Below, in pieces: positions 39,301 through 64,000 of a stretch of 64,000 bases of DNA. This stretch comes from Macrostomum lignano (lineage: Eukaryota). The notes beneath the pieces were generated by a model. It was not told the DNA's origin and did no database searches. It saw only the letters and a list, made by a program, of their open reading frames with translations. The stretch lies in contig NIVC01001561.1 in assembly GCA_002269645.1 (NCBI GenBank), positions 124,001 to 188,000 of the forward strand, given 5' to 3'. Numbering within the stretch: position 1 is the stretch's first letter; the number at the start of each line of letters is the position of its first letter. The position numbers were made by a program, and so were the translations under genes.

Positions 39301-42300
39301 TAGCAGGCAGACACAAAGACACAGGCAGCAGACAGACACAAAGACACAGCTAGCAGGCAGACACAAAGACACAGGCAGCAGACAGACACAAAGACACAGC
39401 TAGCAGGCAGACACAAAGATACAGCTAGCAGACAGGCACAAAGACACAGCTAGCAGACAGACACAAAGACACAGCTAGCAGGCAGACACAAAGACACAGG
39501 CAGCAGACAGACACAAAGGCACAAAGACACAGCTAGCAGACAGACACAAAGACACAGCTAGCAGACAGACACAAAGACACAGGGAGCAGACAGGCACAAA
39601 GACACAGGCAGGCAGACACAAAGACACAGCTAGCAGACAGTCACAAAGACAAAAGCAGGCAGAAGCTCACGGGCGCTTCATCTCCGGGTCCCAGGATGAC
39701 TGCGCAGATTTTCAGGTAGCCCTTGGCGCCGCCCTGCGGATCCTCGGGGTCGCTGAGCAGCAGCCACTTGTTCAGGAAGACGTGACCGTCCTCCTCGTAC
39801 AGCATGCCGAGGTCGAATTTGAAGGCGCCAATCATGGCGTCCGAGCGCAGACGGCGAGAGTTGAACACCTGATTGCGGTGGATTGGTGCGAGAAGCGAGC
39901 AACGTCAGGTGGGGAACTGAGGAACTGCAGAGCAGAAATCAATCAATAAACCTAAAAACTCACCCCGCATTCGACCAGCTCTTCCATGAGATCGGCCGGA
40001 GACACGTTGAAGTTAAAGAAGAACGTCTCGCCCCAGTATGGCGAATTGGTGGACTTTTTAATCCTGGTCTGCTTCATCTGGTTGTAGCAGGTCACTCGGC
40101 ACACCGGGCTGATGTTGGCGCCCTGCAGCTGGCGGGCTTCCACAATGCGGATGCGGATCTGGAGGGTGACGGCGCAGCGCGGTGGCAGAGATTTATTCAA
40201 CTGCCTCCCGTAACAACCCACGCTGCTTCCCGTAACAACCCACGCTGCTTCCCGTAACAACCCACACTGCTTCCCGTAAAAACCCACACTGCTTCCCGTA
40301 ACAACCCACACTGCCTCCCGTAACAACCCACGCTGTTTCCCGTAACAACCCACGCTGCTTCCCGTAACAACCCATAGCCTCCCGTAACAACCCATAGCCT
40401 CCTGTAACAACCCATACTGCCTACCGTAACAATCCATAGCCTCCCGTAACAACCCACACTGCCTCCCGTAACAACCCACACTGCCTCCCGTAACACCCCA
40501 CACTGCCTCCCGTAACAACCCACGCTGCTTCCCGTAACAACCCACGCTGCTTCCCGTAACAACCCACGCTGCTTCCCGTAACAACCCACGCTGCTTCCCG
40601 TAACAACCCACGCTGCTTCCCGTAACAACCCACACTGCTTCCCGTAACAACCCATAGCCTCCCGTAACAACCCACACTGCCTCCCGTAACAACCCACACT
40701 GCCTCCCGTAACAACCCACACTGCCTCCCGTAACAACCCACACTGCCTCCCGTAACAACCCACACTGCCTCCCGTAACAACCCACACTGCCTCCCGTAAC
40801 AACCCACACTGCCTCCCGTAACAACCCACACTGCCTCCCGTAACAACCCACACTGCCTCCCGTAACAACCCACACTGCCTCCCGTAACAACCCACACTGC
40901 CTCCCGTAACAACCCACACTGCCTCCCGTAACAACCCACACTGCCTCCCGTAACACCCCACACTGCCTCCCGTAACAACCCACACCGACCCATAGCCTCC
41001 TCGTAGCAAAGGAATTTTCGACTTCATCGTCTCTAAAGATGTCTACTCTATATCTATATTAAAGAAGTCATTTTATTTAATAATCTAAAAATTTTATAAT
41101 CGTAATCTTAAATTTAACATTATACTTTAAGAAACGCTGCAGTATACTTTATGATAAGTAGTAAGGTTAAGACACTGTAGAATATATTGCATACCTACAG
41201 TCTACCTGAAATGAATTCTAACCCCGCCCCAATGTACACATAGCTACCTGCTAGTGCACAATAAAAGGTTTGCGAGTTTAATATATCAGGCCAACAATAT
41301 GCGGACAAGTGTAAAAAAATTGAGCTTGATCTTAATGCAAAGAATTGAAGCAAAGAGAGAACAGAGAGCCAGATTTCTATAGTTTCTCAATCCTACTCTC
41401 CCAGAACACTTTTTCCTGGTCGATCAGAACCGCGTCACAACTTTGGGAATAGCTGCTCTCCGCGTCAAAAATTGTTCCCAAAAAAAGAAGTGTTGAGAAA
41501 TAAAATACTTTTTTCGCTGTGCTGACCGCCCCCGCTCTGCGAGAGTGGCTGCGATCGCACCTCTACCTACAGTCTACCGATTTCTGACTGGCACTCACTG
41601 CCGCTCTCGGGCAGGGATTTCTGGGGTGGGGGTTATGGAACAACAGGTGTGCCTGTTGGTTCCAAAATCGCATGGCCCCAGAGCTCATGAGCTGCAGTGG
41701 GCTGAATGAAATGGCAAATGTAGGGAGTTGCGCTAAGCTGCACTTCCGACTCCGCTATATTGAGTGCTGCTTCAAATCTGGGAGAGAGAGAGAGACAAGA
41801 CAAGAGAGAATCTCCATGGCAACATGCACCTTCTCGAACAGTCCCCCTCTCTCCGTATCTAGACCGGAAGTGAAAGACGAGAGAAAGGATTAAGGGACAG
41901 TTTCAGAAGTGAATGCTAGGACAAATTCTGGCCTGCCGCTACCATAGAGCCCAGCTTAGCAACTAAGAGATTAGGAGCCGCCCTACACTCGTACAGCCCC
42001 GCTCTTCAGCGCCCAGTAAAAGGGGATTGGGTCAAAAAATTGGTGTGTAAAAGGCAAAATCGGCTGCCAAACTGAATGTACGCTGCCCTGCTCCGCAGCC
42101 TGTGCATGCCTGCACTCCCCTGCCCAGTCAATATCGATTGTCAACAGCAAATAATTGCGCACTGAAAGAAGACTGAAAGAAAAAAAACGGGATCGAGAGC
42201 CGAGGTGGGGGGGGCGAACCTGTGAGTCTCTGGGTTGATTTGGTATTGAGAGAATAGCAAAGTACGTACGGGTTAAATTCCGATACAACTGCGATGTTAT

Positions 42301-45300
42301 TAAGTGCTATTTTTAGCAACTAGAGCCATACTGTATCGGCTCAGTTAGATTGCTTCTAAAATGGCGCATTTTTCATTTTTTTTTCTGCAATTTTGCTTTC
42401 ACTTTGCATTTGCCGGGGTGCTACATGCTTAGCTGCAGGGCTGTCCCGGAGGGGACACAGCGGGAAGGCGCGGGCGCCCATTCCGCTAGGTGCTACATGC
42501 ATTCAGGTCTCAATGGGAGACACCCATATGCTTCTAATGTCTCCAACTATTGTTTGCTTCGGTTGAGAATAAAAGAACGTGCATGCCTTGAAATGAACTC
42601 AAAAAAGAATCTATCTGACTGTGCAGTCTGCTATTTCTATTATTCATCTCTGCTCACATCTTGGTATATTCTTCTATCAAAACAGAAATTCCTGATACTT
42701 GTAAACACCCCACCCAGGCAGAGCACAGTTGGCTCCGTCTAGAGTACATCGTAGTCCATTGATATTCATACATAGTCAATGTATCCGGTGTACTCGGAGA
42801 GCCTTACGCATCAACCTTGTCTATAGTGTCGGGGATTTACCATGCGCTGGTTTTTGCTAAATTTAATAAAAGTTATTTAATAAAAGTTATTTAATAAAAA
42901 CCTCGAAAATATTCTGCCTAGTTTCTATCAGGTCCCTTCCATTCTGTCTGGTTTCTATCAGGTCCCTTCCATTCTACCTGGTTTCTATCTGGTCCCTTCC
43001 ATTCTGCCTGGTTTCTATCTGGTCCCTTCCATTCTGCCTGGTTTCTATCAGGTCCCTTCCATTCTGCCTGGTTTCTATCAGGTCCCTTCCATTCTGCCTG
43101 GTTTCTATCAGGTCCCTTCCATTCTGCCTGGTTTCTATCAGGTCCCTTCCATTCTGTCTGGTTTCTATCAGGTCCCTTCCATTCTGCCTGGTTTCTATCT
43201 GGTCCCTTCCATTCTGCCTGGTTTCTATCTGGTCCCTTCCATTCTACCTGGTTTCTATCTGGTCCCTTCCATTCTGCCTGATTTCTATCTGGTCCCTTCC
43301 ATTCTTCCTGGTTTCTATCTGGTCCCTTCCATTCTGCCTGATTTCTATCTGGTCCCTTCCATTCTGCCTGATTTCTATCTGGTCCCTTCCATTCTGCCTG
43401 GTTTCTATCTGGTCCCTTCCATTCTGCCTGGTTTCTATCTGGTCCCTTCCATTCTGCCTGGTTTCTATCTGGTCCCTTCCATTCTGCCTGGTTTCTATCT
43501 GGTCCCTTCCATTCTACCTGGTTTCTATCTGGTCCCTTCCATTCTGCCTGGTTTCTATCTGGTCCCTTCCATTCTGCCTGGTTTCTATCTGGTCCCTTCC
43601 ATTCTGCCTGGCTTCAATCTGGTCCCTTCAATTCTGCCTGGTTTCTATCTGGTCCCTTCCATTCTGCCTGGTTTCTATCTGGTCCCTTCCATTCTGCCTG
43701 GTTTCTATCAAGTCCCTTCCATTCTGCCTGGTTTCTATCTGGTCCCTTCCATTCTGCCTGGTTTCTATCAGGTCCCTTCCATTCTGCCTGGTTTCTATCA
43801 GGTCCCTTCCATTCTGCCTGGTTCCTTTCATTCTGCCTGGTTCCTTCCACTCTACTTGGTTCCTATCTGACTCCTTCTACCTGGTTTCTATCTGATCCCT
43901 TCCATCCTGCCTGGTCTCTTCCATTATCCCTGGTCCCTTTTATTCTGGCTGGTTCCTTCCATTCTATCTGATCCCTTCCGTCCTGCCTGGTCTCTTCCAT
44001 TATCCCTGGTTCCTTCCATTCTGCCTGGTTCCTTCCATTCTACCTGGCTCCTTCCCTTCTACCTGGTTCCTCCTTCTTGATCTGGTTCCTTTTATTCTTG
44101 AGCAGACTTGAGCTGTTCTTTACTAGTCCATAGAAATCGCTGATTCAAGCTCCACTATTTGAAGTTGACTTTTTCCCTCATCTTGAGCCCCGTCCATTCA
44201 GCTCTACTCCCTGCTGTAAGCCCTTCGCAACCATCTCAAAGCCGCACCTGAAAGTCCTGCAGCTTCGTGCTCAGCTTGGCCCGAGTCTTTCGCTTTGCCG
44301 CTCCGCCGACGTTTCGCTTTCGCCGCGATTTTTTGCCGCTGCCGCCGCCGCCACCGCCGCCGCCGTCAGCCTGATCGAAGGCCTCTTCTTCCTCGTCGTC
44401 ATCTTCGGCATCCATTGTTTGGCCGCCGCCGCCACCGCTCGGCGAAGAGTCAGTCGTGTCTGCATTGAGTCAGTTCACGCAAGTAGGACGGCTCACGATT
44501 ATTTGTTGATAGATAGATAGATATAATTAGTCACGACAGATAATATATTACGAGCCCCGTCCTACAAGCTACTTTGGGCCTTGTTACATAATTTATTGAC
44601 AGTAAGAACAGCTAGAACTAAAGAGCTTTACACCAATTCACAAAAGTACCGGCAATAAAAATGTGATTTACATGTGCATACACACGAACTGTTTTATCAG
44701 CAAAGTTTATGATTATGTACAACACTATCTAAAACCTAAAAGACTTACAATGCACTCCTGTTCCTAAAATATTTATTTAGTTGCATGTAAACGTGTGTCT
44801 AAGCAGTTATTGTTATAGATAAAGAAACTGTGATTTCAAGGCGCTACCTTTTCCTTTCGGTCCAACATAGACGATCATCACTTTGACAGTTGCCTGAAAT
44901 TTAGGGTGAATTGTTGCCTTTATAGTTTCTGTAAGCTTTCTGATTATAAAATATCGCCAAGCCTCAGGCTGACGCACCCCGACGGCTCTCTTGTTGGCAT
45001 CCTGCAGCGGAGCGTTCACTTCCATCTCGGACTTTCCGCCTTTGACCAGGTCTTTGAGAGCAATTTCACACATGCCAAGCAGTCTGTGAATTTAACCATG
45101 AGTAATTGTTGTGGATTAGAATAAAAACAAATCGTTTGAATTTAAAGTTTACTTACTTGTCCGGCCCAATTGTTTCATGGTCTTTCACTGTCACTGTCAG
45201 TTTATCATCTGGGCTTAGAGGCGGGCCCAAATCCAGCTCAATTTTCTCCTTCCAAACTGGGTTTAAATCATTGTCAATGACCTTTGTCTGACCCTTCAGT

Positions 45301-45820
45301 CCTGAAATTTGTTGCAGTTAAAAACAATATTAAAAAACGATAGCCTGATTCAGTGGAGAGTATTGTTTTAAATACAATAAATTCCTTTCTTCAATAATTT
45401 ATTATTAGACAATGAAGATTTAAGAACAGAATTGACACAAATCAAGTTAAGCTGTCAGCTCTTCAGGAGCCAAGTAAAACAAACTTAAATCCCAGAAGTA
45501 TTTTTGCTGTTACTAGTGCAGATTTCTTTTAAGAGTGTCTAAATAACGAATAAGATCTGATCTGGCGTAACTATATTTAAAAAAGAAAATTAAACAATTG
45601 TAAATTGTTTGAGAGTTATACTACATTTTTTTATTTTCAGAATAAGATTTTCATTCAGGCTTTTATTGTAAAAATAAGTTTCAACAAAAATAGGTTCGAA
45701 GCAACTAAAAAAATATAACATACCTTTAATTTCGACAATGCAAAATGGGTCACTCTCCCCAAACGTGTCAACATTTGGTAGATTTGCAGCGCTATCAACA
45801 GTTACAATTAGTTTCGACAT
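18279..45820 (-). CDS. Type I ferlin (dysferlin/myoferlin-like), 29 exons, about 2113 aa
   Basis: Exons: 45724-45820, 45157-45301, 44978-45083, 44848-44893, 44248-44459, 39964-40158, 39671-39868, 38825-38954, 38513-38726, 37912-37988, 36027-36544, 35233-35339, 34614-34809, 33434-33586, 30530-31177, 29357-29536, 28776-28818, 28005-28231, 26735-27344, 26185-26309, 25950-26015, 24253-24399, 23706-23762, 21396-21886, 20608-21247, 19729-20151, 19107-19216, 18716-18863, 18279-18311. All junctions are GT-AG and phase-consistent (6342 nt in total). Encodes C2A-C2F, FerI/FerA/FerB, nested DysF and a C-terminal TM. An alternative ATG lies at 45826. Confidence 0.95.
18716..18863 (-). CDS. Ferlin exon: Ferlin_C and TM helix
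   Basis: [49 protein letters not shown]. Confidence 0.95.
19107..19216 (-). CDS. Ferlin exon
   Basis: [36 protein letters not shown]. Confidence 0.95.
19729..20151 (-). CDS. Ferlin exon (C2F)
   Basis: [32 protein letters not shown]...[15 protein letters not shown]. Confidence 0.95.
20375..20482. repeat. About 15-bp tandem repeat (AGCTATGAGCTAACG)
   Basis: About 6 degenerate units in a ferlin intron. Confidence 0.85.
20608..21247 (-). CDS. Ferlin exon (C2E end to C2F start)
   Basis: [40 protein letters not shown]...[13 protein letters not shown]...MSDIYVK. Confidence 0.95.
21396..21886 (-). CDS. Ferlin exon (DWWSK motif and C2E start)
   Basis: [21 protein letters not shown]...[23 protein letters not shown]. 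Confidence 0.95.
22975..23346. repeat. 12-bp minisatellite (TATGGGATA(C/T)GG)n
   Basis: About 30 units; source of the GYGM/SHTV ORFs. Confidence 0.95.
23706..23762 (-). CDS. Ferlin candidate cassette exon (phase 0/0)
   Basis: ctccgcag|[19 protein letters not shown]|gtcagt. Confidence 0.5.
24253..24399 (-). CDS. Ferlin candidate cassette exon (phase 0/0, polybasic)
   Basis: cacgcag|[49 protein letters not shown]|gtaaat; GC-rich coding-like sequence. Confidence 0.65.
25530..25702. repeat. 15-bp minisatellite (GGCTGCGGAGTGAGGT-like)
   Basis: About 10 degenerate units. Confidence 0.85.
25950..26015 (-). CDS. Ferlin candidate cassette exon (phase 0/0)
   Basis: ctgtacag|[22 protein letters not shown]|gtaggt. 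Confidence 0.45.
26185..26309 (-). CDS. Ferlin linker exon (phase 1/0)
   Basis: tacgcag|[42 protein letters not shown]|gtaag; it supplies the phase change needed between flanking conserved exons. Confidence 0.7.
26735..27344 (-). CDS. Ferlin exon (C2D end and C2DE)
   Basis: [20 protein letters not shown]...[11 protein letters not shown]...[11 protein letters not shown]. Confidence 0.95.
27615..27845. repeat. 21-bp minisatellite (TTGTAGGTTATTTGCGTCAAA)
   Basis: About 11 units. Confidence 0.95.
28005..28231 (-). CDS. Ferlin exon (C2D start)
   Basis: [31 protein letters not shown]...[10 protein letters not shown]. Confidence 0.9.
28319..28402 (-). mobile_element. SINE family B fragment
   Basis: Shares CCATTCCGCTGAC..CTGAGCA, CGTCAGGCATGTACAC and GGGGGTTGGC with 8081-8240. 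Confidence 0.5.
28776..28818 (-). CDS. Ferlin small exon
   Basis: gtttcag|[14 protein letters not shown]|gtgag; restores phase. Confidence 0.7.
29357..29536 (-). CDS. Ferlin exon (outer DysF C-terminal part)
   Basis: [13 protein letters not shown]...[12 protein letters not shown]. Confidence 0.95.
29915..30490. repeat. 61-bp tandem repeat
   Basis: GCAGAGCCTCAAATGGGGTGGGTG...GCGATTCTCAGC(T/A)AG, about 9 units. Confidence 0.95.
30530..31177 (-). CDS. Ferlin exon (FerB end and nested DysF)
   Basis: LAETYENEW...PPPGWKW...[21 protein letters not shown]...CRRRRYIR. Confidence 0.95.
32352..32880. repeat. About 20-21-bp minisatellite (GCGCCCTCTCAAACGAAATG)
   Basis: About 25 degenerate units. Confidence 0.95.
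33434..33586 (-). CDS. Ferlin exon (FerB)
   Basis: [32 protein letters not shown]. Confidence 0.95.
33650..34505. repeat. 31/32-bp minisatellite (TGGCCATAGACTGAATATGTATTGTGTCTTA(C/G))
   Basis: About 25 units, decaying at the right end. Confidence 0.95.
34614..34809 (-). CDS. Ferlin exon (FerA)
   Basis: KDLPEWEPG...[15 protein letters not shown]...IAIE|gtaag. Confidence 0.9.
34930..35137 (-). mobile_element. SINE family B copy with shortened tRNA-like head
   Basis: Minus-strand head GGGGCGGAGCGGCTCAGTGGT...AGTTTGATTCC; body motifs as at 8055-8210. Confidence 0.55.
35233..35339 (-). CDS. Ferlin exon (FerA)
   Basis: [35 protein letters not shown]. Confidence 0.85.
36027..36544 (-). CDS. Ferlin exon
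   Basis: [19 protein letters not shown]...[11 protein letters not shown]...[11 protein letters not shown]. Confidence 0.95.
37035..37461. repeat. 32-bp minisatellite (TGATCCTTCAGTGACTCACCAAAGCTACCCTC)
   Basis: About 13 units. Confidence 0.95.
37912..37988 (-). CDS. Ferlin exon (C2C end)
   Basis: [25 protein letters not shown]. Confidence 0.9.
38513..38726 (-). CDS. Ferlin exon (C2C)
   Basis: MDTEIFQGV...[13 protein letters not shown]...PEWNEEL...[15 protein letters not shown]. Confidence 0.95.
38825..38954 (-). CDS. Ferlin exon (FerI / C2C start)
   Basis: [33 protein letters not shown]. Confidence 0.95.
38995..39655. repeat. GACACAAAGACACAG(CTA)GCAG-type minisatellite
   Basis: Fills almost the whole intron between ferlin exons 7 and 8. 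Confidence 0.9.
39671..39868 (-). CDS. Ferlin exon (C2B end / FerI)
   Basis: [21 protein letters not shown]...[18 protein letters not shown]...LGPGDEAP. Confidence 0.95.
39964..40158 (-). CDS. Ferlin exon (C2B)
   Basis: [22 protein letters not shown]...[20 protein letters not shown]. Confidence 0.95.
40200..41005. repeat. 22-bp minisatellite (CTGCCTCCCGTAACAACCCACA)
   Basis: About 36 units. Confidence 0.95.
42915..44090. repeat. 30-bp minisatellite (TGGTCCCTTCCATTCTGCCTGGTTTCTATC)
   Basis: About 30 regular units, then a decayed tail. Confidence 0.95.
44248..44459 (-). CDS. Ferlin exon (C2A-C2B linker)
   Basis: Gly/acidic/basic linker ending [10 protein letters not shown]|gtgcgg. Confidence 0.9.
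44848..44893 (-). CDS. Ferlin exon (C2A end)
   Basis: [15 protein letters not shown]. Confidence 0.8.
44978..45083 (-). CDS. Ferlin exon (C2A)
   Basis: [15 protein letters not shown]...[14 protein letters not shown]. Confidence 0.9.
45157..45301 (-). CDS. Ferlin exon (C2A)
   Basis: [20 protein letters not shown]...[10 protein letters not shown]. Confidence 0.95.
45724..45820 (-). CDS. Ferlin first coding exon (C2A)
   Basis: [32 protein letters not shown]|gtatg. Confidence 0.9.
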
Positions 45821-48242
45821 TTTCATTTATGAAAGTAAAGTTGAGCAATATTACATGATTTATGAACAATTCAGACGCGTAGATATTTCACTGCAACAGT
45901 AAATAGGAGGACAGGTTCAAATTTCGTTGGATAGCACGTTCGAAAATTGAATACGATATAAGAGTGAACACTTCTTCAGTAAAACAAAGAATTGATAATT
46001 TGCACAGTAAAAATTTTAAATTTATGATTTTGAAGGAGCTCATTTTCTTTTTAAAAATAACCATTAGCACTAAAAATTACTTAGAAAAACATCTATAAGT
46101 TTTAATTTAATGGTTAAAAACGAAAATCCGGATGCCTGTTACAAATTGGTTGTCTGTCTTTCTCCAATAAAAGGCACGGTTAAAGGATCCCCTTTTTGGA
46201 AAAAAACATTAATGCTAGTCTTTCGTGATCTCTCTTGATTTATCATTATCACTGGAAATTTATCACTAGAAATTTTATCGAGCTTGCTTCGGTTGGATCC
46301 TTAAGATTCTTTAGTAATTGTACAATGTTGAAAAAATGCAATTTACAAGTCTCGAAATTTGATTAGCTGAAGATCGTGCTAAAGATCAGCTGAAGATGTA
46401 AATTCACAAATCACAAGTTTAGTATAATGGATCTCAAGTACCACAGTGTTCCTGGATAAATCTATGTGCGATACAATTAACTTAATGTACATCATGTGCG
46501 CACTGTATTTTGAGTTAACACTATAACAAATACTACTGGTATTAATTTTTTACCAATGAAGCCATATGATAACGTATTAACCAAAATCGTTATTATAGAT
46601 TTCTGAAAATATCTCAGTCATATATGAATTGAAAAAAATTTTTTATAAAAACAGCTGTTTCAAAAAGTAATCAGCATTCGAAATCGTGAGTTAGTAGTTG
46701 TGTCTTTTGAGTTGATTCTGTGAACTCAATTCAAGAATTAAGGTTTCGCTTCTCTAGTGACTGCCTAACTAACTTTTTAAGTAGTGAAGGTATTTACCAA
46801 TAATTTTTCGAAACGCTTTTCTTCAGAAAAATACTTTTAAATAAATTTTGGCCACTTTTGTGGCTTATTATGCTTTAAAGTCTTCATGAAAAAGGTGTGC
46901 ACAGATAAGGAAACAAAGATTCGGGATAAAATGTATCAGAACAGACCCCCCGTAAGTAAAAAAAGTTTATTATTTTTTCAATAACTCTTCGTTTTTATTT
47001 TATTGTTTCCATGTAATGTAATATAATAGATTGCTTCATAAATCATACCATGTTCCTTTTTGCAATAGAATTTTTGTCTTTGACAGCACCTAAAAAGCTA
47101 AAATAAGCCTAAAATTTTACATATAAAATAATTTATATTTTAGGCATCTTATGGCTTTTTTTCTATATAGAAAATTTTCTATCATTCAATAGTATAAGTA
47201 AGTATATTAATTATATTACTTATATTAGTTATTAGTTATATTAGTTAAATTGATGCTCAAGTCTAAAGACTAATTCGGATTATTATTATTATTATTATAT
47301 AGGTATGCTTTATTTAAGGTTAAGTTAGCTTTCCATGAGCATATTTATTGTTATATTACTATAACAACTAACACTATTTTATTTAACTAAGAGCTTTGGA
47401 GCCTTTAGTTATATCTAAAATGAGCATAAATATAATATTTTCAAATTTTATTTAAAACATAAAAATGATTTCTATAGACTTTTGCCATTTACTGATAAAT
47501 TTTTTGCTTTGGATTGTTTTTTTTTTGTAAAAATATATTAAATGGTTCTTTAGTTTAAATATGTCTATCAAACTGTAAATCATAAATTACAAGCTAATTA
47601 TTTCTTTCTTTGCTATAAATGCCTAAGTCAATATATTAAGCAATGAATTATCAATTATCAATTAATTATTCAGTATCAATTTTAGATTACTATTGCAAAC
47701 TAAAACATCATTGGTTATTATAAGGATAGGGTAGAAGTTTGTATTGTGAAAAATTATCAATAACCTAATTAATTTGGTTAATTAGATTATTATTTAGGGT
47801 TTTATTCCCTATAAAAATATGGAGACCCAGCCAATTTTCTATAAAATATAGGCTAATACCTTTAGGACTTGATCTCTCAAAAGGCTTCATTTCCCTATAA
47901 AATCTTTGGTTTATTTGTATCACTAAATACATTTATAGAAATTAAAAAAATTCTATCCTTTTCTCTATTCCTTAATGTATCTAAAACCCTATTATCTATT
48001 AATGAAGTTTATTACAAATTTGACTTTATCTATTTGTTTTTAGTTTACTTGCCATAAGTTTATGCTCTTGTTTTAGTTTTTAAGCTAAAAGAAAGATATT
48101 AGAGAACTTGTATAGAAGCATGAGTGATATATAAGGTTATTTTTTAGGTGGTTGATTGTTAAATTTTGGCTTATAAATAACTTATTCGATAGTTCTTGCT
48201 GATATTCATAAATCCTTTAAACAATTCCCCCCCCAACAACAG

Positions 48243-64000
<15,758 letters not shown>

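Noticed and set aside
39952-41027. 343-aa and 276-aa Cys/Gly-rich ORFs
   Set aside because: Translations of the 22-bp minisatellite; only 39964-40158 is a real ferlin exon.
44483-44568. Short imperfect inverted repeat (GTAGGACGG..CTC / GAG..CCGTCCTAC) around (GATA)n
   Set aside because: Too short and degenerate to call an element from one copy.

Overview
Eukaryotic (animal) genomic DNA with GT-AG introns, GC-rich exons and a different minisatellite in many introns. The style suggests a free-living flatworm such as Macrostomum, which is an inference from composition only. From left to right: one exon of an unidentified minus-strand gene (1-311); tRNA-derived SINEs, including a CORE-type family; an orphan plus-strand exon/ORF with a possible OB-fold (6102-6852); a two-exon secreted peptide (neuropeptide-type) precursor encoding eight amidated (S/G)YYWPGMWNFNRES(S/T)-amide copies plus one C-terminal variant (8752-9474, minus); an intronless Shisa-like single-pass membrane protein (12245-12850, minus); a decayed piggyBac transposase fragment; a 390-bp P-element-type MITE with 154-bp TIRs and an 8-bp TSD; a complete 29-exon type I ferlin (dysferlin/myoferlin-like, about 2113 aa, 18279-45820, minus); and, head-to-head with it, a groucho/TLE co-repressor gene (48243 to beyond the window end, plus). 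Exon boundaries were read by hand and checked for phase consistency. No database searches were run.
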